DNA of 64,000 nt, taken from Heteronotia binoei (Eukaryota). Position 1 is the stretch's first letter. Each line of letters opens with the position of its first letter. The stretch covers positions 166,842,001 through 166,906,000 of the forward strand of contig NC_083227.1 in assembly GCF_032191835.1 (NCBI RefSeq), in the 5' to 3' direction. Below, one piece after another: positions 25,137 to 38,164 of the stretch. The position numbers and the translations under genes are program-made. The notes below the pieces were generated by a model. It had not been told where the DNA came from, searched no databases, and saw only the letters and a program-made list of their open reading frames with translations.

Positions 25137-25600
25137 TGTGCCCCAGAGAGCACTGAGATCTAGCTCTCAGAACTTACTAACAATCCCTGGGCCAAGAGAT
25201 GCCAGGTTGAAGGCTACTAGGGAGCAGGCCTTCTCAGTGATGGCCCCTCGTTGGTGGAACCACCTTCCAGAGATGGTGCGAGCCCTGCGGGACCTGAACC
25301 AATTCCGCAGGGCTTGCAAAACATTTCTTTTCCAGCTTGCTTTCGAGATAGAACCCGATTAACCTGACATGTGGACATCTAGCCATCTTGTGGATATTAT
25401 GATTACAGTATTTAGCACCCATTTTATACATTTTATCTATTTTAAAAATCTATTATGCAATTGATATATTTAAATTGTTTACATTGTTTTATGAATCATG
25501 GGATCCCCATGTCTGTTAGCCGCCCTGAGCCCGCTTCGGCGGGGGAGGGCGGGATATAAAAATAAAGTTATTGTTGTTGTTATTATTATTATTATTATTT
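25137..25600 (+). mobile_element. L2 3' fragment, inverted relative to 22175-22645
   Basis: Its translated ORF segment is identical to that of the 22.4-kb copy. Confidence 0.88.
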
Positions 25601-26642
25601 ATGACTGCTGGACCTGTCTGGAACTGTGAACTGAATTTGTGGGACTATGAACTGAACTGCCACAACCGTAGGGATCTCCTCCACAGGGAAAAAAAATGTG
25701 AATTGCTACACTTGATGTGTCGTGCTTGAGGAGGAGAATCTTCACATTATTATGGAATTAAACACATGTATACTATTGTTTGTGTGTTAATGTATAAATC
25801 AGTTGTTATTATTAGTGCTGAATTTGTACCCTACAGCCGCATATGTTGTATCTAAGAGATGAAATATTAGGCAAAGTAGTATGAGTTTATTGTTGGTTCA
25901 GGGTCATTTATATTTTCAGACTATATTGAGTTCTTCATCATGCAAATAAACAGCAGCAAAACATCATGGGAAGTTCCTGGGGGGTGCCAATTCTTCAGCT
26001 GTCTTCTGTAGCTGTGCCCTTAACACTGGCATGATGTGCAAGAATTAGCAGATGAAGCTTCTTTACAGTACAGAGATAAACATTTATCACCTGCTCATTG
26101 CCACAGACAGAACCACTATTACAAATACGGACACAGAGGCCGGCTGAAATGTTGTCTCCCCAGAACACAGATCTTACTTGCAAGCCAAACCCTTATCAGA
26201 TACCATTCTTGCTTCGATATAAAAAAAGAGTTGTTACAGAGTTGTGAGTGGTTCAGCTTTTGATTACTATTAAGGCCTTGACTTCCTTTTATGGGAGAGT
26301 GCAGGAGCTTCTGATGCTACCCAGGCCAGCTGGCATGCCTTGAAGGACCAGGAGGGAGTCAGCAGCAAATACAGGACATTTTTTTTTCCCGTTTGAAGTT
26401 CAACAATGGACAAAGCGAAAGGCGGCAGATAGGACTTTGCAGCGGCTTATCATGGGCCTGAGAGAGGCTGTGAGGGGGCTGTTGGAATGGAAGAGGTGAA
26501 AGTCTGAGAGATTTGACCTAGAATGTCCCTGAGTATGTCTCTTTCCTTCAAGCAGTGCCATGTAGAATAAAACCAAGAAAGAGAAGTTTTGTCCAAACTG
26601 ACTTGATCATTCCTTATCACTGTCTTTTCTTCTCAGGTAACG

Positions 26643-26811
26643 ATGAGTAGTGGTTTTGGTGTTCCTGTTTCAATAATGGGTGTGGCTTGGGCCTTGGTGG
26701 TGCTGTGGGCAGCTGCTACGGGCATGGAGGATCGCTGCTTGCCTGGAGGGAAGCACAAAGCGAGTCCAACCCCAGAAGGACACCTGGGCACCTGCAATCT
26801 CTATAGAGAGA
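26643..26811 (+). CDS. RTBDN: Retbindin / riboflavin-binding protein family, coding exon 1 (signal peptide and start of the folate-receptor-family domain)
   Basis: Acceptor ttttcttctcag at 26636, ATG at 26643. Encodes MSSGFGVPVSIMGVAWALVVLWAAATGMEDRCLPGGKHKASPTPEGHLGTCNLYRE(N). Donor A|gtaagt, phase 1. The hydrophobic signal peptide and CLxGxxHKxxPxPE motif match RfBP/FOLR proteins. Confidence 0.92.
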
Positions 26812-26887
26812 GTAAGTATTGATGACTTAATCATTAAAATATCATTTTAAGAGTGCTTTTCTCTGCAACAAGGGATTACATGTAGAT

Positions 26888-28990
26888 TTATTTATTTATT
26901 TTATTCGATTTATATCCCGCCCTACCCCACCGAGGTGGGCTCAGGGCGGCTTACAACATAAAAGCTAACAAAGTCAGTTTAAAATACATTAATAATTATA
27001 CAATAAATACATAAGAACACATAAAACTCACTTCAATATGTACTATGCTACCTTTCCTTAAATAAATTCTTCAATATTCCAGTATTCAGTAATCTGTTGT
27101 TCGAGATTTGAATATTCAGGCATTCCGATAACAATTAATTATATGCCAACCGGAAGAGGGCTGTTTTGCAGGCCCTGCGGAACTGTTCAAGGTTCCGCAG
27201 GGCCCTCACCTCTTCCGGGAGCTGATTCCACCAACAGGGAGCTGCGATTGAAAAGGCCCTGTCTCTGGTCGCTTTCAGACGGGCCTCCTTTGGCCCAGGG
27301 ATTATAAGGAGGTTCTGAGACCCCGATCTCAGCACTCTCTGGGGAACATGTGGGGAGAGACGGTCCCTAAGGTAGGCAGGTCCCAGGCCACAAAGGGCTT
27401 TAAAGGTCATAACCAGCACCTTGTACCGAACTCGGTATGTTATCGGCAGCCAGTGCAGTCCCCGAAGCCCCGGCTGAATGTGCTCCCGTCTAGGGAGCCC
27501 TAACAACAGCCGGGAGCGGCATTCTGCACTAGCTGCAACTTCCGGGTTCGGTACAGGGGCAGCCCCATGTAGAGGGCATTGCAGTAGTCCAGCCTCGAGG
27601 TGACCGTTGCATGGATCACTGTTGCCAGGTCGCCGTCCTCCAGAAAAGGAGCCAACTGCCTTGCCCACCTAAGATGAAAAAATGCGGACTTGGCAGTGGC
27701 TGCTATCTGGGCCTCCATAGTTAGAGTAGGCTCCAATAGCACCCCCAGGCTCCTAACCCTGTGCGCCGCTGACAGAGGCACACCATCGAGGGCCGGTAAG
27801 GGAATCTCCCTCCCCGGACCACGGCGACCCAGGCAAAGGACCTCTGTCTTCGTCGGATTTAGCTTCAGCCCGCTCAGCTTGAGCCATCTAGATACGACCT
27901 GCAATGCCAGGTCCAGGTTTTCTGGGACACAGGCAGGCCGGCCGTCCATAAGTAGATAGAGCTGGGTGTCATCAGCATACTGGTGGCAACCCAGCCCGTA
28001 TCTCCAGGCAATCTGGGCAAGAGGGCGCATGTAGATGTTAAACAACATCGGGGATAGAACTGCTCCCTGAGGGATCCCGCAATCCAGCGGGTACCTCCGG
28101 GACAGTTCACCCCCAATCGCCACTCTCTGTCCCCGACCCTTGAGGAAAGAGGTAAGCCATTGTAGAGCCAACCCCTGAATCCCCACGTCGGCAAGATGGC
28201 AAGTCAGCAACCGATGGTCGACCGTATCGAACGCTGCCGATAGGTCTAACAACATCAGTACCACCGAGCCGCCTCGGTCCAGATGCCGCTGGAGATCATC
28301 CACTAGGGCAACCAGCACTGTCTCCGTCCCATGACCCGGGCGGAAGCCCGACTGATGGGAGTCAAGGACGGAAGCATCCTCCAGGAAACTCTGTAGTTGC
28401 AACGCCACTGCCCTCTCAATGAGTTTACCCAAAAAGAGTAAATTCGAGACCGGCCGATAGTGTGCCAATTCGGCCGGGTCCAATGTTGGTTTTTGAAGAG
28501 GGGGCGGACCACTGCCTCCTTAAGAGGTGTTGGAAATTGCCCTTCCATCAGGGATCTATTTATGATATCCCATACAGGATACCTAAGCTCCCTCTGGCAA
28601 GATTTAATAAGCCAGGAGGGGCACGGGTCCGAATTGCAAGTTGTAGGGCGTGAAGACAAGAGGATCCTGTCAACTTCCTCCAGGCTGAGAGCGCCGAAAC
28701 CATCCAGAATACAGTCTGAAGACAGGCAAGGAGCCTCGGGTTCACATACTGTCTCCAATATGGCGGGGGCGTCATGGCGGAGCGACGCGACTTTATCTGC
28801 AAAAAATTTCGCAAAAGCCTCACAGCCGATTTCCAATTGACTAGCGTTTGGGCTGCCCTGTGGCAGCGTTATAAGAGTCCGAATTGTGTTAAACAATTGT
28901 GCCGGGCGCGAAGTTGCAGACGCAATCCTAGCCGCAAAGTATGTTTTCTTTGCGGCTTTGACTGCCGCAAAAATAGATAAACAGATAAAA
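26888..28990 (-). mobile_element. Young 5'-truncated L2 LINE with RT domain and two frameshifts
   Basis: Motifs YRPVSNL, LDLSAAFDTVDH, PQGAVLSP and YADDTQLY lie in three overlapping ORFs (shifts ~28490 and ~27520). CpG-rich; TAAA tail. Confidence 0.93.
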
Positions 28991-29159
28991 ATGTGACTTC
29001 CAAAAGTGGACATTCTGATCAGAAACAGAACTCAACATAAGACTTGCTTAAACAGAACCACAGTTAACATCCTATGAGGAGAAAAGGTAGGGTGGCAATA
29101 GTCCATATTCTGCTGGTAGCCTATTCCAGAACATTGGCTCTACTACTGAAAAAGCCCTG

Positions 29160-30375
29160 TAACCTTTATTTGTTTATTTTGTATTATTTATAGTCTACCT
29201 TTCTCACTGAGATCAAGGTGGATTCCACAATGCAAATCAGTGCAATCAATAGGATGATACATCTAATAACGCGATTGGACTAGGATTGCAGAAATTTGAA
29301 ACAAAGGTGTCATCTGAACAAGCTGTCTGTCATCTAAACATGCCATATTAAACGATGCAGAATATGATATCACATAAGTAGGAACAGTGCGTTTTCCTGC
29401 ATCAGTCTGTTATAACGTTGCCCTATTCCCTTTATTAAAAATGCCCCCTTGAACAATTCTCTTTTACATAGTTTGCAAAATGTCAGGAAAGGGGGAGTCA
29501 TTGGGTAGGATATTCCATGGGGGTGGGGGCCACTACAGAGAAAGTCCATGTACAGGCAGCTGTTGCTCTTGCCCACCTGCTGGGTGGCATCTGCAGATAG
29601 CCCTGTTCAGAACAGCAATGTTATCGTGAAGGGACATAGATGGAGAGGCAGTCTTGCAGATATGAGGCTCCGGGGCCAGGAAGGCCAATACCTTGAACTA
29701 AGCTCAGTAACTGATTGCCAGCCAATAGAGTGACTGCAGAATACAGCAGATCTGAGGCTTCTCACCTGGCATTACATCTGTCTTGTCTGGGTTCCGTTTC
29801 AATTTGTTCACCTTAAATCATTTAACCACAGCAGTCAGACAATGGCTCAAGACCTCTACCACATTGCCAGGAGGGTTGGATAGAGCTGAGTGTCATCAGC
29901 GGTTTGATAACATCTACTTCCAAAGCTACTAATGATTTCTCCTAAGAGCTTTCCATAGAGGTTGAATGCCATGGGAGATGAGATTGCACCCTGTGGAACT
30001 CGCAGGAGAGCTCCCACACTGAAGAAAACTAGTCTTCCTCTGAGTCCAGTCTATAAGGAAAGATTTAAACCAGATCAAGGTACATTCCTGAAACCTACTT
30101 CCGCCTCCAAATGCCTCAACAGGATGGCATAATCAAAGGCTGCAGATAAATCCAGCAAGAGCAACCAAGAAGTATGGACTTTGCATACCTTCAGACAGAA
30201 GTTCACAAGCCACCCCCACCAGGGCCATCTCTATCCCATAGTCTGGACTGAAAAAGGTCCAGAGCAGATGAGTTTGCCAAGAAGACTTGGAATTCATCTG
30301 CTACTGCTCTCTCAAGCAATTTGCCCAGAAAGGGCAGATTAGAGACTAGGTGATAGCTGGCCACATAATTTATAT
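29160..30375 (-). mobile_element. Old decayed L2 fragment
   Basis: Remnants of YHLVSNLPFLGKLLERA and the RT region on -; tail at ~29160. Confidence 0.6.
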
Positions 30376-30624
30376 GTAAGGATTGTTTTATATATATATC
30401 TACTTATATAGTGCTGAATTTGTAGCCTACCGCCGCATATGTTGTATCTAAGAGATGAAATATTAGGCAAAGTAGTATGAGTTTATTGTTGGTTCAGGGT
30501 CATCTATATTTTCAGACTATATTGAGTTCTTCATCATGCAAATAAACAGCAGCAAAACATCATGGGAAGATCCTGGGGGTGCCAATTCTTCAGCTATCTT
30601 CTGTATATTTATATATTTAATATA

Positions 30625-30661
<37 letters not shown>

Positions 30662-32142
30662 CAACCAGCATTCAGATTAAAGTGAATTTATTATATTTTA
30701 TCAGTAGAAAACTCTGCAAAAGTAGCATAGCTAATTGTTTGTTCCTGAGATAATACAGGCTCAGGTTTAGGAGTCAGCAAGTGTTGAGATACCATAAACA
30801 ACTGGGATGGCCATAAACTAGATGACTAGCAGCACAATCCAGAGGGGCGGGGGCAGAAAGTCTTTTGGCAGCAGACCAGCTGCTACGTGGACACAGGAAG
30901 GGTTTGCATCGACGTAGGACCGGCGCCGCCACAGTGGAGGGGAGTTACATTCAAGATGCTACCCTCTATAGCAAAGCCATTGAGCAGCCTGTGGCTGCAA
31001 TCTTGATGTTTTGGTGTTAGCATTGTCCAACAGGTCGTGTTCTAGGTATCTCTAGAGATAGAAGCCACCATCATTCTAACTTCTCTATAAGAGGGAACCA
31101 CAAGGGGAGAGGCAGGATAAGTGAAGTTGCACAGGTTCCTGGAGGGAGTGGCCGGCCTTCAGATATGATAGGTGGGTCCAAGATTGTGAAAGTCTTTAAA
31201 GGTTGGGACAAAACTTCAGTCTTGTAAGGTCTTCTTAGACTGTTGATGAGCTCAGAAACACATCAACAGTCTAAGAAGACCTTACAAGACTGATGCCGAT
31301 GGAAACAATGTCTTGGCTAAAAGGCAAGCCACTGCATTTAGTATCCGTTGAAGTTCCCAGATTACCTCTAAGAGCAACTCCATATAACACACGCTGCAAT
31401 TATCTAGTTCCAGAGAGTACTCACGTTGGTCTGCAGTAGAACATCTATATTTGAGTCTAGTAGCTCCTTAGAGACCAATAAGATTTGGGGGGGTATAAAC
31501 TCTTGAAATTTAAACCTCCCTGATGTTGGTTTCTAAGGTGCAGTGGGACTCAAATCTGCAGTTATCTAGGATTTTACTGTAATGTGGGTCATCGTATAGT
31601 CTAGATATGGGGTCAGACTGGGGGAAGACACCAATTAGAAGGTTTGGAAGAAGAGGGGAGTTGAGCTGCATATTAATTTCTCCCTCTCCCCCAGCAGTTT
31701 TTAGGAAGTAGCTTTCACAGAGAAATTAACCACCTCGGAAAGCCTCACTTCCCTTCCCCAGTCCATTCTGTGTGGATGACATGTCTTTAAAGAAGCATGT
31801 GAGTTTGCTGCTTCTTTACTAGTCCTGTTCTTCTTTTGCCTTTAACATTACAGGAGCAGAATGCGGGAGATGTCTCTCTCTATATTTAGTCATGACTTAG
31901 TAGTAGCACAGCGCACAGAAGTTTAGCAAATGATGCTTTTCTCCATCCCATTAAAAAAGAAAAAAAAATTCTAAACTTCTTCGTGTTGGACTGCTGTTAA
32001 AAGCTCAAAAATGCAACTACTAAAATAGATGTTGACTGTACCAGCAAACTGAAGAAAAACAGAGTTTCTATCTGGCCTCCTATGTACTTGGTTGTTATGG
32101 AACGGGAGAAGGCCTTCCCAAGTAGTCTACACCAAACTGGAG

Positions 32143-32475
32143 AGCCAGTTTGGTGTAGTGGTTAAGTGTGCGGACTCTTATCTGGGAGAACCGGGTTTGA
32201 TTCCCCACTCCTCCTCTTGCACCTGCTAGCATGGCCTTGGGTCAGCCATAGCTCTGGCAGAGGTTGTCCTTGAAAGGGCAGCTGCTGTGAGAGCCCTCTC
32301 CAGCCCCACCCACCTCACAGGGTGTTTGTTGTGGGACAGGAAGGTAAAGGAGATTGTGAGCCGCTCTGAGACTCTTCGGAGTGGAGAGCGGGATATAAAT
32401 CCAATATCTTCTTCTTCTTCTTCTTCTTCTTCTTCTTCTTCTTCTTCTTCTTCTTCTTCTTCTTCTTCTTCTTCT
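32143..32475 (+). mobile_element. SINE with tRNA-like head, L2-type tail and (TTC)n
   Basis: gagagccagtttggtgtagtggttaag...gggtttgattcccc...gcgggatataaatccaatat(ctt)n. Confidence 0.88.
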
Positions 32476-33559
32476 ATAGGGCCATCCTGGACTACTATCC
32501 ATTCATTATTTCTGGAAGTTATACCTGGGGGGGAGGGGGAAACTGGCATAATTTAGCACTAGGTATGTGGGCTATATATTAGGAAAATTGGAATGGTCTA
32601 GAGTTAGCTGAAATCCAGAGAGGTACAAGGCATTTTCATGTCTCAGAAATGTCCTCTTGTCCTGAATAAAAACAGTGTTCCTAAACAAATTATGAGAGGA
32701 ATTTGATTCCACCCAGGAATTCTGCTCGTTTAAGAATTTCCAAACAAGAAAATTATCTGCTATCTCTAAAAAAACATAAGCAAAAATTTTATTATGTGAT
32801 CCTCTCTTCCACAACAGTGAAAAGTTCCATGGGCAGTGCTATTTGGATCAAGCTTTTTAAATAATTACTTTGTTTTTAACTATACATGTAGAGCACTAGT
32901 ACAGACATTCCTACAAACAGCAAATTGGATATCCCATGTCAAAGAGGAGACTACATCTCAGGGTGCTCCTCGATTAGGGGACGTATAACTCTCTCTGTTT
33001 CTGTCTCTCAAAACTCCTCAACTGATATTTTTACACACACACTTGAACATCTGCCCCCTCTTTTGCAATTAATGCTCATTATCATCCACAAATATTAAGG
33101 ACATTCTGTTAAGGACACTCCTGAGTCCCAACATGTGCCACTTCAGGCAAAGCAAGGGGTTGCATCCCATACTCAGATAAGGGCAGCATGTTCTGTTGTC
33201 GTATGATGTAGCCTGCTGATCCAACAATTTCCCCCCGTGGGCAGGGCAAATCTTGCACTGTCCTTAGGTGAGCAGCATGATGGCGTACAATCCATAGCAG
33301 GCCTCAGATTCAGCAGGAGCTCACAGGAATGCAGCTCCTGAACCTTTCTGATGGTTCCCCCTCTTCCTCCCCACCTACCCTGTCCATTGAATAGTACGTG
33401 CAGCTGCATAACAGTCCCTGGATTAGGAGAGCGGGCAGCCAGCCAGCCACTAGGGGTTTTGCCACACCCCCAGCAGCCCTCATTAACCACTGGAGAAGCC
33501 CGCACCACCCTTTCTCCACTTCTGATGTGATCTTGGGTGGTGGGTGGATGGATCTCTAC

Positions 33560-34572
33560 ATTTTATTTATTTATTTTATCAGATTTATATCCTGCCCTCC
33601 CCTAACAGGCTCAGGGCGGCTGACAACAGTTAAAAACCACATAGAATACTAAAAACAATATACAATAAAATCAATTCTACACATTTTAACCATAAAATCC
33701 AAGATGCACGTTGGTGTTTCTCAATATCTATATTTGTCCAGTGGGACTGTCAGTGCTGTGGGACATTTGCTACCTCCCCTTAACTATTGAACTATAGTTC
33801 GGTCTTACAGGCCCGGAGGAATTGTGGCAGGTCCCACAGGGCCCTGATGTTTTCGGGGAGGGCGTTCCACAGAGCGGGGGCTATTGTTGAGAATGCTCTG
33901 GCTCTAGTGGTGGACAATCGAACTTTTTTCAGTCTGGGAATCTGGAGGAGATTTTGGGACCCTGAACGTAGTGCTCTCTGGGGCACATATGGGGAAAGGC
34001 AGTCCCGAAGGTAGACAGGTCCCAGACTATATAAGGTTTTAAAGGTTTTAGCCAGCACCTTGAAATGAATCCGGAATGCCACAGGCAACCAGTGTAACGT
34101 TTCCAGCGCAGGCTGGATGTGCTCCCGTACAGGTAGCTCCAACAACAACCTGGTTGTTGTGTTTTGCACCAGTTGTGGCTTCTGGAGTTGAGTCAAGGGC
34201 AGCCCCGTGTAGAGGGCATTACAATAGTCTATTCTTGAGGTGACCATCACATGGATCACTGTTGCCAAGTCGTTACGCTCCAGGTATGGAACCAACTGTC
34301 TTATCCACCTAAGATGAAAAAAATGCAGATTTGGTGGTGGCTGCTACCTGGGCCTCCATTGTTAATGAAGGCTCCAGGAGCACCCCTAAGCTCTTGACCC
34401 TCAATGCTGGCAGCAGTGGCATCCCATCAAAGGCTGGCAAAGGGATCTCTCTACCCAGGCCACTACGATTAAGGCACAGGACCTCTGTCTTTGCTGGATT
34501 CAATTTCAGTCCACTCTGCCTGAGCCATTTCACTATGGCTTGCAATGCCAGGTCCAGATTTTCTGGGGCACA
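33560..34572 (-). mobile_element. L2 fragment running into the assembly gap
   Basis: ORFs 33792-34295 and 34309-34545 match the L2 ORF2 C-terminus. Confidence 0.88.
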
Positions 34573-34773
34573 NNNNNNNNNNNNNNNNNNNNNNNNNNNN
34601 NNNNNNNNNNNNNNNNNNNNNNNNNNNNNNNNNNNNNNNNNNNNNNNNNNNNNNNNNNNNNNNNNNNNNNNNNNNNNNNNNNNNNNNNNNNNNNNNNNNN
34701 NNNNNNNNNNNNNNNNNNNNNNNNNNNNNNNNNNNNNNNNNNNNNNNNNNNNNNNNNNNNNNNNNNNNNNNNN
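34573..34773. other. Assembly gap (~200 N)
   Basis: Run of N. Confidence 1.
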
Positions 34774-35714
34774 CCAGGTCTCTCTTACCCGAGGCTCTCC
34801 TTTCTTGCATTGGGTTGCTTTTGGCTGGGGGGTGGATATGCTAATGAGCTATACTAATGAGCTCTGACACCTATTTTTCTACAAAATGATCCCTATCCAT
34901 AGTAATAAACCCATGTATAGCACTTGCAACTACATCTCTTCAAGTTCTGCACAGTCAGCGGACAAGGAGTTAACATTCAGATTGTCCCCTACTGACTGGT
35001 TGACTTTCAGTTCCTCAGACGGAATTACAAACTTCTTTTTTCTGGCTCCTTATTTTTGACTTTCACAAGCAGCATCATAAAACATAACAATGATACTGTC
35101 TGCCAACAGAATTACAGCACAACAATGTTTTATGATGTGTTTACAACCAAAAGTTCCATACAGCTTTGGAGTGGGCACTGACTTATGTTGTTTAACAGAG
35201 GTTTTACATAATGTAGCTGGTCTATTAAGTATGGGGAAGGAACTATTGAGCAGTGTTCTCCATTGTACATGACTACAACTGCCATTCTGTCTCTAAATTA
35301 GCAACCTCCAGATGTTTCCCTGCAGACTTTCAGTAACTGAATTTTGCTTGGTTCTAGACTCCCAAGTCAAGAAGCCGGCACCCTATACAAAGTTAAAAAA
35401 AAAACCAGCTTAAATGGTCACAGGCAGCCAGGAATTTATTTTGTTTTAAGGGAAGCAAATACTTTGACATGTTTTCAGCACAAGCACTTATTTGGGGGGG
35501 AATGCTAATGGGAAGAACGTGCGTTTTTCTTTGGAGACTGAAATTATGACAGAACTCAGACCAAATTTTGGCTTGCCTAATGCCAAGGACCTCCAGACAA
35601 AGTGTTCCTCTGTGATTCTCTTGTATCTCCTTGTCTGAATTCAAGTATCACATGAAAGCAGATCACATTATTCGCCTAACTTCATGGGCCCCCAGAATTT
35701 TCAGCAGCATCATC

Positions 35715-36475
35715 ACATTTTATTTGTATCCCGCCCTCCCCGACGAAGCGGCTCAGGGCGGCTAACAACAAGAATTTAATACATACATTGTACAATATAT
35801 AACATTTTAAATTACACTTGATTAAAATCGATTAAAATTCTATAAACAATGACATTCGTATGTTGGTGCTATAAATACCGATGGCAAGTTTACTTAGCAG
35901 TTTAGCAGTTTCAGTCGGTGAAGGCCATTCGGAACAAGGTGGTCTTGCAGGCCCTGCGGAACTGTTCAAAGTCTGGAAGCTGATTCCACAGCTGTGGAGC
36001 CATAGCAGAGAAAGCCCGAGTACGGGTGCTCTGGAGTTTTACCTCTTTTGGCCCGGGAATAGTCAGCAGGTTCTTCCCTGCTGACCTCAGTGCTCTCTGG
36101 GGTTCGTACGGGGAGAGACGGTCCCTAAGCTAGGCAGGTCCTCGGCCATATAGGGCTTTTGTGCCCTATTCTCACCTCTCAGCAGCCTTGAACATGAACA
36201 ATGAATAGTCCTGTGAGATAAAAGGAAGTACTTCTTCACCCATAGGGTGATTAACATGTGGAATTCACTGCCACAGGAGGTGGTGGCGGCCACAAGTATA
36301 GCCACCTTCAAGAGGGGTTTAGATAAAAATATGGAGCAGAGGTCCATCAGTGGCTATTAGCCACAGTGTATGTGTGTATATAAAATTTTTTGCCACTGTG
36401 TGACACAGAGGGTTGGACTTGATGGGCCGTTGGCCTGATCCAACATGGCTTCTCTTATGTTCTTATGTTCTTATT
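35715..36475. mobile_element. L2 3' fragment (-, to ~36170) followed by a CR1 3' end (+, ~36180-36475)
   Basis: L2 tail tatcccgccctcccc; CR1 end ...ggcttctcttatgttcttatgttc. Confidence 0.7.
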
Positions 36476-36755
36476 ATCAGGGCCTTTTCTGGGACAAGAT
36501 GCAGAGGGAACAGTGTGGAGGATTGCATTTTAGGGGCAGTACTCCCTGTGTCTTTGTGAGCTTTTTTTTTTTAATTGTGAGTTCATATCAGATCCTACAA
36601 AGATTAGGGGGAGGGAAGTACCAGGCTCTTCCGTTAGCTGTCTGATGAGAATGCTGTATGTGATCATTCATCACATACCCGACAGCAATTTCAAACATGT
36701 ACCTTATTAAGTGACAACAACAGTCGTTGCAGGAATGGGACTGTGCTCAGTGGTG

Positions 36756-37257
36756 GGGTTATCAATCCCCAGGTGGGGGCAGGGGATCCCCCAGTTTGGA
36801 GGGCCCCCCCCCGCTCCAGGGTCATCAGAAATTGGGGGAGAGGGAAATGTCTGTTGGGCACTCCGTTATTCCCTATGGAGACCAATTCCCATAGAGTATA
36901 ATGGAGAATTGATCAATGGGTATCTGAGGCTCTTGGGGGAGGCTGTCTTTTGAGGCAGAGATACCAAACTCTTAGCATAGCATCCAGTGCCTCTCCCCAA
37001 AATAGCCTCCCAAGTTTCAAAAGGACTGGACCAGGGGGTCCAATTCTATGAGCCCCAAAAGAAGGTGCCCCATCCTTCATTATTTCCAGTGGAGGGAAGG
37101 CTTTTAAAAGGTGTGCGGTCCCTTGAAATGTGATGGCCAGAACTCCCTTTGGAGTTCAATTATGCTTGTCCCAACCTTGCTCCTGGCTCCACCCCCAAAG
37201 TCTCCTGGCTCCACCCCCAAAGTCCCCAGATATTTATTGAATTGGACTTGGCAACCC
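36756..37257. mobile_element. hAT MITE copy, reverse orientation, 2 VNTR units
   Basis: Ends ttggcaaccct; body matches the family. Confidence 0.82.
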
Positions 37258-38048
37258 TCTACTCAGCAGCAGACATCTGTTTTGCATACAGAGGCCCTGT
37301 TCACACAGCGTGTTGAGTCTGTGTCAAACTGACCCGGTTCTGTTCCGAATTATCTTTGTTCCAGATATTATCGATCAGACTGCCATACTGCAATTTGAAT
37401 CACTCCGCACATGATGTGCTGATGTGCATATGCGCATGTGCATAGGTCAAAAAACATTATGTGGTTATGCGGGTATGTGCATATCGCAAAGTAGTAAAAA
37501 AAAAAAGATGACCATAAACTGGATGTCTGAGGCTCCTTTTGCTCTGGGACAGCCTTCAGACATCCAGAAGTTGGTTAATATTGTAGCAAAACTATCCAGA
37601 TGAAGAAAACTACGAGGTGAAACCAGACAACTCAAAAAACACCACAAAGGAGCAGGTAACAAAATAATCTGGTTTGGAGAAGGATTGGGGGGGGGGCCCA
37701 CAACGATTGACTACCGGGAGGCAGATGATGCTGTCTGATCAGCCACTTTTAATCCGGTAGGAAACAGCAGCGACAACTGATTAAACTGTGCGTCTGAACA
37801 GGGCCGCTATGTCTCAAGCTGCATTCACAGTATCTCCAGTTTAAACGGATCAGGTGATGGGAAAGACCTCTCCCTGCAGTCTTGGAGAACTGGTGCCAGT
37901 CAGAGCACTTCAGTACTAAGCTTGATAGACCAATGGTCTGAGTCACTAGAAGGCAGCTTCATGTGCTTATTAATGACAGACGATGTTGTCACAATGCAAA
38001 TGGGTCGGCTCAGTCCAGAAGGTGCTGAAAGAATGGTTCTTTTCACAG

Positions 38049-38133
38049 ATGCCTGCTGCTCACCAGATGTTACCCAGGACCTTTCCAAAGCCAACGACAT
38101 CTACTGGAATCGCTGTGGGGGCCTCAGCAGCAG
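38049..38133 (+). CDS. RTBDN: RTBDN coding exon 2
   Basis: tttcacag|AT...AG|gtcagg, 85 nt, phases 1/2. Encodes (N)ACCSPDVTQDLSKANDIYWNRCGGLSS(R); YWNRCG is an RfBP motif. Confidence 0.92.
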
Positions 38134-38164
38134 GTCAGGCATAGATCCAGCCCTCCAGAGGAAT

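Noticed and set aside
32226-32556. Poly-E, poly-R and poly-S ORFs (also 43127-43625)
   Set aside because: (TTC)n SINE tails.
34331-34867. ORFs spanning 34.3-34.9 kb
   Set aside because: Artefacts of the N gap.
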